DNA of 64,000 nucleotides, taken from Candidatus Wolfebacteria bacterium GW2011_GWE2_44_13. GTDB taxonomy: Bacteria > Patescibacteriota > Minisyncoccia > UBA6257 > UBA9933. Numbering within the stretch: the first letter of the stretch is position 1; each line of letters opens with the position of its first letter. This document shows positions 26,853-36,853 of this stretch, piece by piece. The position numbers were made by a program, and so were the translations under genes. The stretch lies in the NCBI GenBank assembly GCA_001000675.1, contig LCHW01000003.1:67873-131872 (forward strand), given 5' to 3'. The notes beneath the pieces were generated by a model. That model saw nothing but the letters and a program-made list of their open reading frames with translations. It was not told where the DNA came from and searched no databases.

Positions 26853-27896
26853 TTACACCTCTCCTTCTTGTGTGTGATTCCCGATAATACGCGGGTACAT
26901 TTCGAACATTGCAAACAGTATCGCCAAGACAACAGGGCCAAGGAAGAACCCAACAATCCCAAAAAACTTTAACCCTCCAAATGTCGAGAAAAGAATGACC
27001 AGTGGATGAATCTTGATTCCCCTGCTCAGTAATGCTGGGCGGAGGAAATTATCAACCAATCCAACAACTCCAATTCCCCATATAGCGAGCGCGATTGCCG
27101 CTACTACGTGCCCAGTAAATGCCAAGAAAATAATCGCCGGTACAACGACCAAGCCCGTTCCTACTGCAGGAATCATTGCTGCAAATGCTGCAACACTCGC
27201 CCAAAGCACAGGGCTCGGGACACCCGCAACAGCAAAGCCGATTCCCGCAAGAATGCCCTGCAAGAAAGCCACCATGATCGTCCCCTTGGTAACAGAAGCT
27301 ATTGCGGCCGTTATTGTGTCGAGTAGTTCGCTACTGTGCGTATCTTCGAGCGGGCTTACGGCTAAAATCATTTTTCTAAATATGTCCTCATCTCTAAATA
27401 AGAAAAAGAGCGTAAAAAGAATGAAAATAAAATTAACTATCATAGCCACCGCACTTGAAAAAACTGCGCCTAAATTTGTTACCACCCATTGCAATCCGTT
27501 TCCAACATATTGCCCAATATCCGCCGCGAGTGTTGGAGCGACTTGTGGAACATACTGCTGCAGCACATTAACCATGTTTGCGATTATCCCGCTTTCCAAT
27601 CCCCCGTCGGCGATCGAAATGTAGAGACCCTTTGCTTCGTTAAAAATCTGATAACCGAATAAGCTTAACGGCACAAGCACCACTAACATTACTACGATCG
27701 TGGAAATAACTGCACTTGCGGTATTTCTCCCGTGTAACTTTTCCCTAATCCAGCGATGCATTGGTCTGAATATGATCGCAAACATAATTGCGATAAAAAA
27801 TACATCTGCATAAGGGCTTAACAAAAACAATCCAGCGACCGTCATCACCCCCAGCAAGATAAAAAAGAAGTTATGTTGTATTTTTTCTTTGGTCAT
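26853..27896 (-). CDS. AI-2E family transporter
   Basis: Multi-TM; VDNFLRP, IHPLVI, GG...G..GFFLGP. Confidence 0.9.
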   Translation of the reverse strand: MTKEKIQHNFFFILLGVMTVAGLFLLSPYADVFFIAIMFAIIFRPMHRWIREKLHGRNTASAVISTIVVMLVVLVPLSLFGYQIFNEAKGLYISIADGGLESGIIANMVNVLQQYVPQVAPTLAADIGQYVGNGLQWVVTNLGAVFSSAVAMIVNFIFILFTLFFLFRDEDIFRKMILAVSPLEDTHSSELLDTITAAIASVTKGTIMVAFLQGILAGIGFAVAGVPSPVLWASVAAFAAMIPAVGTGLVVVPAIIFLAFTGHVVAAIALAIWGIGVVGLVDNFLRPALLSRGIKIHPLVILFSTFGGLKFFGIVGFFLGPVVLAILFAMFEMYPRIIGNHTQEGEV

Positions 27897-28016
27897 AATA
27901 ATAGTAACTTATGTACTTAGTATACAGGAAGTGCTTTAAATTGTAACTTTTTATCTTTTTAGGGGCTGCTTCCTATTGAAATTGATTCCTATATATAGTA
28001 TACTCCAATTCACTAA

Positions 28017-28088
28017 GCGGTAGTAGTTCAGTGGTAGAACGCCTCCTTGCCAAGGAGGAGGTCGCCGGTTCGAGCCCGGTCTACCGCT
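28017..28088 (+). tRNA. tRNA-Gly(GCC), CCA not encoded
   Basis: GCGGTAG acceptor, CCTCC-TT GCC AA-GGAGG, GCCGGTTCGAGCCCGGT. Confidence 0.96.
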
Positions 28089-28233
28089 CAGAAAAATAAA
28101 AGATCACCTTCGGGTGGTTTTTTATTTACCCTGCACCTGTGGCACATTATTTCCTAGATTTTTGAGTGTATTTGTGGTATTGTAGTAATTACCGCAGTAG
28201 ATTCCTTCTACTACCTAGTAAATTAAGGAGAAT

Positions 28234-28259
28234 TGAAACTAAATCAGGCCTAATTCGTT
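28234..28259 (+). promoter_or_regulatory. Putative ECF autoregulatory promoter
   Basis: TGAAAC-N16-CGTT (SigW/SigM-type consensus) ending 4 nt before the ECF sigma ATG. Confidence 0.6.
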
Positions 28260-28263
28260 CTAT

Positions 28264-28812
28264 ATGTTAGATGACGAAGAAAAGTCCATAATTGAGCGAG
28301 CTATCGGAGGTGACGCCTTGGCTTTTGGCCTTCTATACGATAAGTACCACGAACAAATCTACCGATTTGTCTATCTCAAGGTCAGTCATCGTGAAGAAGC
28401 TGAGGATATCACCCATCATGTTTTTTTGAATGCTTGGCAGAATATGGGAACATATCGCGATAAGGGCTTCCCTTTCTCGAGCCTCCTCTACCAAATTGCC
28501 CGTAATAAGGTCATTGACCATTACCGGACCAAAAAGACAACGCTCGATATCGAAGACTTGAATGAAGCAGAGATCCCTCGCCATGAATCAACGGTTGAAG
28601 ATTCTCTACACTTCCAGTTTCAAGTAACCACAGTAAAAACTGCAATTAAGCAACTTAAGCAGGAATATCAAGATATTATCATTATGCGCTATGTCGAAGA
28701 GCTTACACCCTCCGAAATAGCCCGCATTCTTAAAAAACCAGAGACGACAATTCGCGTACTCCAGCACAGAGCTATTAAGCAGTTGAAAGCGCTCCTCAAC
28801 GAGCTACCATAA
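28264..28812 (+). CDS. ECF RNA polymerase sigma factor
   Basis: GD..AFGLLYDKY, EAEDIT, LYQIARNKVIDHYR, region 4 EIARIL..TIRVLQHRA. Confidence 0.95.
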   Translation: MLDDEEKSIIERAIGGDALAFGLLYDKYHEQIYRFVYLKVSHREEAEDITHHVFLNAWQNMGTYRDKGFPFSSLLYQIARNKVIDHYRTKKTTLDIEDLNEAEIPRHESTVEDSLHFQFQVTTVKTAIKQLKQEYQDIIIMRYVEELTPSEIARILKKPETTIRVLQHRAIKQLKALLNELP

Positions 28813-28818
28813 CGCATC

Positions 28819-29361
28819 ATGGAAAATGACATTCTTACAACCCTACGAAGCCTAAAGCAAATCACTCCTGATTCTGCGTATACAAAGCATTCTCGCATGC
28901 TTCTTTTAGCTTCCCCTCAGGTCCCTGCTACCGAACAACGCGTAAGCACCTTCTTTCGTCTTTCCGCTATTCTTGGAGCTGGGGTAATCGGAATAGTTAT
29001 ACTCCTCGGAGGAACAACCTACATCAATGAAACGTATTCCCCTCTCGCGCTTGAAGGGCTTAATCAGCGCAGCTTAACTGCTGAAGCAGACGAGATTAAT
29101 AGCTCAATCGAGATTACTTTGGAGACTATCGATTATCTCGATACGTCCAACCAAATGACTTTGACAAAAATAGCCGAGATTCAAAACATCGCTCCCGTTG
29201 CAGCCCCAGCCGCTTCACTGCGCCTTATGTCTGCACCAGCTGAAGTTGCAACTACGACCCCTGAAACCGCTAGCGTCGACACATTCTTAATCGACAGCGA
29301 TTCAGCCGAAGTGCCAGCCGAACGGCAGATCAACGATATCCTTGAACAGATCGCTCAATAA
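28819..29361 (+). CDS. Single-TM protein, probable anti-sigma factor
   Basis: Directly downstream of ECF; N-terminal LRSLKQITPD, one TM, acidic extracellular part. Confidence 0.6.
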   Translation: MENDILTTLRSLKQITPDSAYTKHSRMLLLASPQVPATEQRVSTFFRLSAILGAGVIGIVILLGGTTYINETYSPLALEGLNQRSLTAEADEINSSIEITLETIDYLDTSNQMTLTKIAEIQNIAPVAAPAASLRLMSAPAEVATTTPETASVDTFLIDSDSAEVPAERQINDILEQIAQ

Positions 29362-29365
29362 ATCT

Positions 29366-30238
29366 ATGCAAAAGCAAACCCGTATTTCTTCCTTTATCAT
29401 ATCAGTATCTTCTCTTGCTTTCGCATTTTTGGGCGGAATTTTTATTGCTACTCCGAGCGTTCAAGCAGCTGAACCACTTCCATTTATCAATACTACAATT
29501 GCTAAAGAAGCAGCCACCGATGTACTTACCGAAGATCAGCGCAAAGCAATCCTTCGCGAAATCGTTTCCTCTTCACAGACCGAAATTAAAAATATCGTAG
29601 ACGCATTAACCGCATTAAAACTAGACGACGCATGGAGCCTTGCACAAGCTGACTTCCTTGCAAAGCTTGCGACTTCAAGCGAATATTACGACACCCTCGC
29701 CGAACAACTCGAAAACGAAGATCTTTCCCTTGAAGACATCAAGACAATCGCTAAAGATCTCAAAGAATGGCGCGAAGCTGTTTATGCACCAGAATTGAAA
29801 GAAATTGGTAATCTTATTCTCATTTTTCAAACTAAAACAATCTACGATGTTGTGCAGTTGCGCAGTATCAAGATTTCGAGCGACCTCAAGAAACTCGACA
29901 AGCAAAATCTCGTAAATACCGATACATTAAAAAAGTATCTTACGCAAGCAGACAAATCGATTAAAAACGCAAAGACGTTAACAGATAAGGCAACTGACTT
30001 ATATTATACTACGAGCATTGAACCGCTTCAGCCAAAACAAGCCAAGGAAGAAAGCACTTCGGACAAGCAACCCACTTCCCTTCCTGCAGTAGAATCTACA
30101 GAAAATGATGCCACCGTCTCCCCTGAGATAGTGATCGACCCACAAGATCATGTGCGAGCACTCGCAAAAGAATCGCTCAAGGAATTAAAAACTGCATACG
30201 AATTGTTCTTCAAGATGAACGATCGTATTCGAAAATAA
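29366..30238 (+). CDS. Secreted alpha-helical hypothetical protein
   Basis: Signal peptide ending VQA-A; helical; third gene of ECF operon. Confidence 0.7.
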   Translation: MQKQTRISSFIISVSSLAFAFLGGIFIATPSVQAAEPLPFINTTIAKEAATDVLTEDQRKAILREIVSSSQTEIKNIVDALTALKLDDAWSLAQADFLAKLATSSEYYDTLAEQLENEDLSLEDIKTIAKDLKEWREAVYAPELKEIGNLILIFQTKTIYDVVQLRSIKISSDLKKLDKQNLVNTDTLKKYLTQADKSIKNAKTLTDKATDLYYTTSIEPLQPKQAKEESTSDKQPTSLPAVESTENDATVSPEIVIDPQDHVRALAKESLKELKTAYELFFKMNDRIRK

Positions 30239-30243
30239 GATAT

Positions 30244-30279
30244 AAAAAATCCGTCAGCCCTAGGCTGACGGATTTTTTA
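30244..30279. terminator. Bidirectional terminator (CAGCC-loop family)
   Basis: AAAAAATCCGTCAGCC CTA GGCTGACGGATTTTTT between convergent genes. Confidence 0.85.
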
Positions 30280-30291
30280 TTACTCCTCTTC

Positions 30292-30669
30292 TTATTCTGC
30301 GCCGTCCATTTGCGCTATTTCTTTTCTTATCTCTTTCTCAAGCTCAAGCTCAAGCTTATTTTCTTGCTGTGCAATATACAGTGCTTCGTACAATACATCG
30401 AGTGCTTCGTTTCTATATCCACCCTCAGCGTATATATTTGCCCGATCTATTTCAAATCCAATACACGCCTCTAGCGTACGTCCCAATGCTTCGACAATCT
30501 TTTCTCGCTCAATTGTCCATGCTGTAAGCGCCTCAAGCACTTCTGCGTGTTTTATGCCTTTTTTATACAATCCTTCTATTAATGGCTTACGCGAATCAGA
30601 TCCAATTTCTGCCCCCTCTAATCGCTTAAATCCATCGACTGCTTCGATTATTTTTTTATTTTCACCCAT
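30292..30669 (-). CDS. Hypothetical helical protein
   Basis: 125-aa ORF; TATACT 6 nt before ATG; TPR-like RANIYAEGGYRNEALDVL. Confidence 0.65.
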   Translation of the reverse strand: MGENKKIIEAVDGFKRLEGAEIGSDSRKPLIEGLYKKGIKHAEVLEALTAWTIEREKIVEALGRTLEACIGFEIDRANIYAEGGYRNEALDVLYEALYIAQQENKLELELEKEIRKEIAQMDGAE

Positions 30670-30762
30670 GTCTCTAGTATATCATTTGTAAACAAAAACA
30701 CCCACGCAAGTGGATGTTTTTGAGAAATGATTTCCGCCCGAGGCGGACCAGCCTTGGGCTGG

Positions 30763-31038
30763 TTACTTAACTGCGTCCTTGAAAGCCTTTGCAGCTTTGA
30801 ACTTAGGAGCTACAGATGCTGCGATCTGGATCTTTTCACCAGTCTTTGGGTTTACACCCATTCGAGCGGCTCGCTTGGTTGCCTTGAAGCTACCAAAACC
30901 TGAGATTGCAACTTCTTCTCCTCGTGCCAATGCCCCTGCGATTGTATCGAACACTGCTTCTACAGCAGCAGTTGCCTGCTTCTTTACTTCGATGCCTGCG
31001 GCTGCCTGTACTGCGTCGATTAATTCTACTTTGTTCAT
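30763..31038 (-). CDS. hup: DNA-binding protein HU
   Basis: MNKVELI, ISGFGSF, RAARMGVNPKTGEKIQI, PKFKA; start at 31038. Confidence 0.96.
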   Translation of the reverse strand: MNKVELIDAVQAAAGIEVKKQATAAVEAVFDTIAGALARGEEVAISGFGSFKATKRAARMGVNPKTGEKIQIAASVAPKFKAAKAFKDAVK

Positions 31039-31311
31039 TGAGAGATACACATGTCCCCAGTGATAATGGATCAACGAAATTCGCATCCCCATATCGCTAG
31101 TTAATGTCTTTTAAACTACTCGACCTTTGACTTATTTACTTATACTCAAATTATATAGTATTTATGCGGTGTAAACAATAGTTCCGCAATATATTGACAT
31201 ATCATCGATTGTGGTTTATTATATATTTAGTTATTTAACTTGCGGGCCAATGAGCGGGCCGTCCAACATTCGCCATTTTCGAAGCAATTCGAAACAAAAA
31301 GGAGTACGCAC

Positions 31312-31665
31312 ATGGAAACGATTCCGAAGTTACACCATGCTCAGGTAGTTAAGGGAGGCAAGCCGATTGCGACACTCACCTACCTCGGCCAGGACATGCC
31401 TGAAGGCGGATACACGGAATGGGGCAGCACAACCATCCACTTGCTCGTTCGCCTTGCGAAGGGAATCTTCCAGATGGAGGCCGAGTATGCAATCATTGTG
31501 CGCTCACTTATGCGGTATAATTGCGACGAGAAGCAGGTGCTTGGGTCGGAAACATCGGGCGCCACTATTCTTGTTCGCTTAAAACTTCATAAGCCTATAC
31601 TGCGCAACGAGAAGACATATATTCTCTCTCTAGCGCGCAAGGCAAGCGAAGCTCTTCGCGCATAA
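31312..31665 (+). CDS. Hypothetical protein
   Basis: SD AAGGAG before ATG 31312, TTGACA upstream, terminator AAAGGCGGCC-GGCCGCCTTTT. Confidence 0.65.
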   Translation: METIPKLHHAQVVKGGKPIATLTYLGQDMPEGGYTEWGSTTIHLLVRLAKGIFQMEAEYAIIVRSLMRYNCDEKQVLGSETSGATILVRLKLHKPILRNEKTYILSLARKASEALRA

Positions 31666-31771
31666 CCAAAAGGCGGCCCCATGGCCGCCTTTTTTATTTC
31701 TCTCTCTTACCTTGCATACTCCACTGCTCTCCATCCAATTGCACTCATAGCTTCGCCCTCATATGCGCGTA

Positions 31772-33295
31772 TCAACGCGCATATTCCACTGCACGCATCT
31801 CGCGGATAACCGTCACCTTGATTTCTCCAGGGTATTTCAACTCCCCTTCAATCTTATTAGCAACATCGCGTGCAAGCTGAAATGCAGCGAAATCGTCCAT
31901 CTTCTCAGGTGTTACGAAAATGCGCAACTCACGTCCTGCAGAGATTGCGTATGCCTGCTTTACGCCGCTAAACTCACCGGCAATCTTTTCAAGCTCTTCG
32001 AGTCGCTTGATATAGTTATCGATGTTTTCTCGTCGTGCCCCTGGGCGCGCTGCGGACAACGCATCGGTTGCTGCAACAATGTATGCCTCTGGCGATGCGA
32101 ATGGATAATCTTCATGATGCGACTCCATTGCCTGAATAACCTTTTCGCTTATATTGTATTTCTTCAATATCTTCTGTCCAAGCTCTACGTGACTTCCAAC
32201 AACTTCGTGGTCGATTGCTTTACCAATATCGTGCAAGAGCGCTGCCTTGCGTGCAAGGTCTGCGTTTACACCCAATTCAGAAGCAATCATGCCGGCCAAA
32301 TGGGACGACTCAATAGAGTGTACCAATGCATTTTGTCCGTAACTTGTTCGGAAGTGCAATCGGCCTAAAAGCTGAATCAACTCCTTTGGCAAGTCGTAAA
32401 TACCTACTTCATGCGCTGCCTGCTCTCCGATATCAAATGCCCGCTTTGTAAGTTCATTCTTTGCCTCCTCTACTTTTTCTTCAATACGAGCTGGTTGAAT
32501 GCGACCATCCTTAAGCAACTTTTCAAGTGTTAAGCTTGCTACTTCTCGACGCATTGGATCAAACGAAGAAACCACGATGTAGTCAGGGGCCTCGTCAATA
32601 ATAAACTCGACACCCGTCAACCGCTCAAGGGCTTTGATGTTACGTCCTTCTCGGCCGATAATCTTTCCCTTTAAATCTTCGTTCGGAAGATGGAAAATAC
32701 TTGTTGTTACTTCGGCCACGTGACTTCGGCTATATCGCTGAATCGCAGTGGTTAAAATATCAAGGCTCTTTTTCTCTATCTCTTCTACTCGCTCACGCTC
32801 AAGCTTTTGAATCGTTAATGCGAGATCTTTCTGATGATCTTCTTGCACTTTTTTTACAATCAATGCAAGCGCTTCTTCGCGCGTCATTCCTGCATTTTTT
32901 TGTACAATCGCTTCTGCCTCTGTTCGCAATCCTTCTATCTCGTCCTCTTTCTTCTTTAATGCAGTAGTTTCTTCGTTAAGTTTCGTTTCTTTATCTCGCA
33001 CACTGTGCAAGTCACGCTCAAGCGATTCTTCCTTTTTTATAAGACGCTCATCCAAACGATCAAGCTGAAGCTTTCGCTCACGCTCATCGCGCTTCGCTTC
33101 CTCGATAAGATTCGCGGCCTTTTCTTGCCCCTCAAGAACTATTTCCTTTGCTTTTACTTTTGCTTCATCGATTTGTCGTTCGATGATTTGCTCAATATTA
33201 TTTTTTTTCTTCAGCCCGATTGCCTGCCGCGCATAATATCCACCCGCAGCTCCTGCAATAACTAAAACGATCCACAACAATGGATTTAAGAACAT
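31772..33295 (-). CDS. rny: Ribonuclease Y
   Basis: N-terminal TM, coiled coil, KH motif KGKIIGREGRNI, LLHDIGKA, YPGEIKVTVIRE. Confidence 0.97.
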   Translation of the reverse strand: MFLNPLLWIVLVIAGAAGGYYARQAIGLKKKNNIEQIIERQIDEAKVKAKEIVLEGQEKAANLIEEAKRDERERKLQLDRLDERLIKKEESLERDLHSVRDKETKLNEETTALKKKEDEIEGLRTEAEAIVQKNAGMTREEALALIVKKVQEDHQKDLALTIQKLERERVEEIEKKSLDILTTAIQRYSRSHVAEVTTSIFHLPNEDLKGKIIGREGRNIKALERLTGVEFIIDEAPDYIVVSSFDPMRREVASLTLEKLLKDGRIQPARIEEKVEEAKNELTKRAFDIGEQAAHEVGIYDLPKELIQLLGRLHFRTSYGQNALVHSIESSHLAGMIASELGVNADLARKAALLHDIGKAIDHEVVGSHVELGQKILKKYNISEKVIQAMESHHEDYPFASPEAYIVAATDALSAARPGARRENIDNYIKRLEELEKIAGEFSGVKQAYAISAGRELRIFVTPEKMDDFAAFQLARDVANKIEGELKYPGEIKVTVIREMRAVEYAR

Positions 33296-33304
33296 ATTTT
33301 CGAA

Positions 33305-33461
33305 TGTATCCCAATTTCTTCATATATTTTCTAATTCATGCATATGAGCAACCACTCTTCGTCGCGGATTCGCTTTGCTCATCTGTATAAATTCTGACAT
33401 GAACTACTCTTTATTTCGTACTGTTTTATAATTCACATCACCTGAATTCACTGGGAACAGG
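33305..33461 (-). ncRNA. ssrS: Probable 6S RNA
   Basis: ~157-nt rod: TGTTCCCAG/TTGGGATACA closing stem, TTCATG/CATGAA and ATGAGCAA/TTGCTCAT inner stems, A-rich central bubble; directly upstream of rny. Confidence 0.6.
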
Positions 33462-33548
33462 TTAAATTGCATGCCTTTAGTATACCCCCTCAGAACAAAA
33501 AGAAAAAGGGCAGCTCTTCGAGCCGCCCTTTTGCGTTTCTTTGCCTCG

Positions 33549-33716
33549 TCATTTCGGCGGTACAAGCCACGTTGGCAGCTCGCAAATGTAGCGATCTACG
33601 CCATGGAGCATGGCCACAATCACAAGCACTGCGACCATTGCGATCGAGACCCAATGCAGGATCTCTCCGGAATCTTGTACGCCTTTACGCCCGTAGTACT
33701 CTTCGTTAGTCTCCAC
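33549..33716 (-). CDS. 55-aa single-TM small protein (absent from ORF track)
   Basis: GTG start after SD GAGGAGG; METNEEYYGRKGVQDSGEILHWVSIAMVAVLVIVAMLHGVDRYICELPTWLVPPK; downstream hairpin. Confidence 0.6.
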   Translation of the reverse strand: METNEEYYGRKGVQDSGEILHWVSIAMVAVLVIVAMLHGVDRYICELPTWLVPPK

Positions 33717-33782
33717 AGCAGCCTCCTCTCGGTTACATGCCCAATGGTACTATATAAAGTATCCTTCAGTACAACCTATATG

Positions 33783-35111
33783 TCAATTTTCTCGAATAAC
33801 AAGCATAAGGTCGGCAACGTTAAAGCTTTCGGTCTTTACCGATATCATATTTCCATTCTTCTTGAAAAAATCGAGTGAGGCATGACTCGCCAACGCATTC
33901 CCCACATCTTGCTTCGCAGTGCGCGCTGCCTTTAGCGTATATGTATCGGCTATTCCCCCTGCCGCAATACTATTATCGTGCCCGTCGCTTGCATACGATA
34001 TTGCAATAATGCCTGCGAGCTTTTCTGGCTTCTCTGCATATGCATGCACAACCCCTAGGGCAACTTCGAGATTTCTCCCTCCTTTTCCTAATTTTTTATC
34101 TGCTGCAATATCTTTCAATGTTACGGTTGTCTCCCCTGCCATAAATATCGCTTCCCCTTTTTTAATAGTCCGTACAATCGGAAACAACGCCTCTTTTGCT
34201 TCTCCTTCAAATGTAACACTTTTTATTTTTGACTTAAACCCGAGCTTCTTTGCCGTTTCTGCCATTGCCTGTACTGCGTCATTATTCGATACAAATAATA
34301 CGTTCTTTGTATTTTTAAAATATTTTTCTTCCTTTGGTGTTTCTTTTAATGTAATGCCTCCTCCTGAAACTCCATATTTTTTTAATACTGCTGCTGCATG
34401 TGCAACGGTTGTTGTATCACAAATCGTCGGACCAGATGCGATCATTTCCATATCATTTCCAATAACGTCAGACGCCATAAGTGTCAGTAACGTTGCTGGA
34501 TAAATTGTTTTCGCAAGATTCCCTCCTTTAACATCGGATACGTGCTTTCTCACTGTATTCAACTCGATAATATTTGCGCCTGCTTTTGTTAGTTCCTTAA
34601 AAATCGTTGTTGATGCTTGCAGCTCTTCATCTGACGCAACGGCAAGTGCTGACCCTCCACCACACATACATACAATAACCAAATCATCGGCTTCAAGATT
34701 GCTTACCATGCGTATGATCTTTTGTGTTGCTTTTACGTTCTTTGGCGAAGGCAACGGATGCGTCCCTACGAGCAGCTCGAGCCGTGTATTTTTATTTGCC
34801 ACCGTTTCTACGTCAATCGCAATTCCTCGCGTCATACGGTCTTTTAGCACACCTGCAAGGGCTACGCTTGCGTAGGCTGACCCCTTACCAATCCCCACTA
34901 AAAATACGCGTTTATAATCGTTTAAATCGATGCGAATATTGCCTACCTTTTTATCGGGAAGTTCTACTGTAAGTACGCCTTTCTGTACGGTTATACGTTT
35001 TTTAATAGATTTTTTAATGTCGATTGCTGCATATCCTGCTTCAACAATAGCGAGTGCTTTTTTGCGGAGCGGTGTTTTTGCGAGTTCCTTTGTATTAATG
35101 ATGTAGGACAT
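33783..35111 (-). CDS. Glycerate kinase, MOFRL/DUF4147 type
   Basis: GIGKGS, GTHPLPS, ELNTVRKHVSDVKGG, IASGPT, GETTV, GGRNLE, SDGHD. Confidence 0.9.
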   Translation of the reverse strand: MSYIINTKELAKTPLRKKALAIVEAGYAAIDIKKSIKKRITVQKGVLTVELPDKKVGNIRIDLNDYKRVFLVGIGKGSAYASVALAGVLKDRMTRGIAIDVETVANKNTRLELLVGTHPLPSPKNVKATQKIIRMVSNLEADDLVIVCMCGGGSALAVASDEELQASTTIFKELTKAGANIIELNTVRKHVSDVKGGNLAKTIYPATLLTLMASDVIGNDMEMIASGPTICDTTTVAHAAAVLKKYGVSGGGITLKETPKEEKYFKNTKNVLFVSNNDAVQAMAETAKKLGFKSKIKSVTFEGEAKEALFPIVRTIKKGEAIFMAGETTVTLKDIAADKKLGKGGRNLEVALGVVHAYAEKPEKLAGIIAISYASDGHDNSIAAGGIADTYTLKAARTAKQDVGNALASHASLDFFKKNGNMISVKTESFNVADLMLVIREN

Positions 35112-35116
35112 AGCTT

Positions 35117-36037
35117 TTATCGAAGTAAGAGTAATATGATTGGCGTAGTGATGAAGGATAGTATTGTTGCGAATACGATTGCATTCCCTACGAGTGCGGT
35201 ATTGAGTTTAAACTTTTCGGCAATAACAAACGTAGTTACTGCCACCGGCATTGAGGCTAGAAGCACAGGGATTTCCACATCGCCTCCTTTGCCAAAATAG
35301 ATATAGGTACCAAATACAATCAACGGGAACAATATCATTTTTATGGTTGCAATGGATATAACAAGATGCAAGTCCTTTTTCAAAAACTTCCCATAGAGAA
35401 ACCCACCCAAGGCAAACAATGCTACCGGCGATGACGTACTTCCGAGCATCGTCATTGTCTTTTTAATGCTTCCGATAATAGCGCTTCCCGCTTCAGGGAT
35501 AAAACTCAACACAACGCCGAGCACCATCGAGAGTACTAATGGATTCTTTAAAAATTCCATTAACTCATTCTTAATACTGTGTTCTTTTGTATGCCAATAA
35601 TTCACTACGAGCATCGAAAGTACGAGCGGGATGATGAGGTACACGTTTCCTACTAATGCGCCTGCGGGCACATGATCTTTCCCAAATCCCGCCTCCACAA
35701 GCGCGATTCCCATGTACAATGTATTTCCTGTTGCAGCAGTAAGGAATAACGCTGCCTTTGTCTCGCGCGATACCTTCCACACCGAGAGCACGATGAACAG
35801 CAGTGCGAGAAAAACAACCATACTTACGGCGCTTACTCCTAATAAGCTCAAAATTTCGGGGCTTCGGAAATTGACACCCCAAAGACTCACCGTAATCAAT
35901 GCAGGTAGAGCAACATAGTATGCAAACGCATTTGCCTGATGCACCCAATCCCCTTGCATAATCTTCATTTTTTGAAATAACCAGCCGGCAAAAACAATAA
36001 AGAATATCGGTAATGAAACAAAAATAGTGGATAGCAT
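35117..36037 (-). CDS. AEC (auxin efflux carrier) family transporter
   Basis: ~10 TM; YVALPAL, GNTLYMG, KNPLV, PVALFALG, SMPVAV. Confidence 0.9.
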   Translation of the reverse strand: MLSTIFVSLPIFFIVFAGWLFQKMKIMQGDWVHQANAFAYYVALPALITVSLWGVNFRSPEILSLLGVSAVSMVVFLALLFIVLSVWKVSRETKAALFLTAATGNTLYMGIALVEAGFGKDHVPAGALVGNVYLIIPLVLSMLVVNYWHTKEHSIKNELMEFLKNPLVLSMVLGVVLSFIPEAGSAIIGSIKKTMTMLGSTSSPVALFALGGFLYGKFLKKDLHLVISIATIKMILFPLIVFGTYIYFGKGGDVEIPVLLASMPVAVTTFVIAEKFKLNTALVGNAIVFATILSFITTPIILLLLR

Positions 36038-36070
36038 ATCCAGTATTATAGCATAAAGTTTTTATAAGCT

Positions 36071-36853
36071 TTACCCAATTTTGAGGGCCGCAAGCAATCG
36101 CGCAACATAATATGCCGGCCGTCTTTTGAAATGCTTCTTGATGTAATACGCTTTTGATGCGCCCATGTGGTCGTCTTTCTTTGCAACCACAGATCCAATA
36201 TGCCTCATTATGATCGAGGGCTCATACCACGACGCATACCCCTTTTGTCTTAATCGCAAACTTAATTCTTCTTCCTCTTTGTACAGGAAGAAATTCTCGT
36301 CAAATCCTCCAATCTCTTCGAATGTATCTTTTCGTATTAAAAACGCAGCACCCGAAACCCATGCGACAATCCCTGGGGTTGCCCTTTCTTTCCAATAGCT
36401 ATCTCCCTTATTATTTTCTACCCATGCTTTAAGCCCTTTTAGTTCTCCGTGATCCCATGCCTGTGTGACACTTTCTTTTGTTATAAGCCGAGGACCGATA
36501 ACCGCCACACCCTTCTTTCTCGCCTCCTCCAATAAGCGCCTTATGGTTTTTGATTCAACGAATTCAATATCCGGGTTAAGCAACAATATATACTCTCCGC
36601 GTGCTTCTTTTGCTATCTTATTATGTCCACCACCAAACCCAAGGTTCTTTTCCGAATGCAAAAATCGCACAGGTAACTGCCCATATTTTTCCCCCAATTC
36701 GGTCAGATCATCAGCGGATGCGTTATCTAATACCAACGCTTCCCACTGAATTGCTTCACCCTCTAAATCCTTTACCATTCCATCAAGACACACCTCAAGA
36801 TATTTCTTTGTATTGTAATTCACTACCTGAATTGAGATGTCGAGCTTATCCAT
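36071..36853 (-). CDS. GT2 family glycosyltransferase
   Basis: VVNYNT, DNASAD, NLGFGGGHN, LLNPD, GGFDENFFLYKEE. Confidence 0.92.
   Translation of the reverse strand: MDKLDISIQVVNYNTKKYLEVCLDGMVKDLEGEAIQWEALVLDNASADDLTELGEKYGQLPVRFLHSEKNLGFGGGHNKIAKEARGEYILLLNPDIEFVESKTIRRLLEEARKKGVAVIGPRLITKESVTQAWDHGELKGLKAWVENNKGDSYWKERATPGIVAWVSGAAFLIRKDTFEEIGGFDENFFLYKEEEELSLRLRQKGYASWYEPSIIMRHIGSVVAKKDDHMGASKAYYIKKHFKRRPAYYVARLLAALKIG

Noticed and set aside
30733-30762. TCCGCCCGAGGCGGA-CCAGCCTTGGGCTGG double mini-palindrome (related hairpins at ~57892 and ~60760)
   Set aside because: Too short and too few to support a function beyond small dispersed palindromes.
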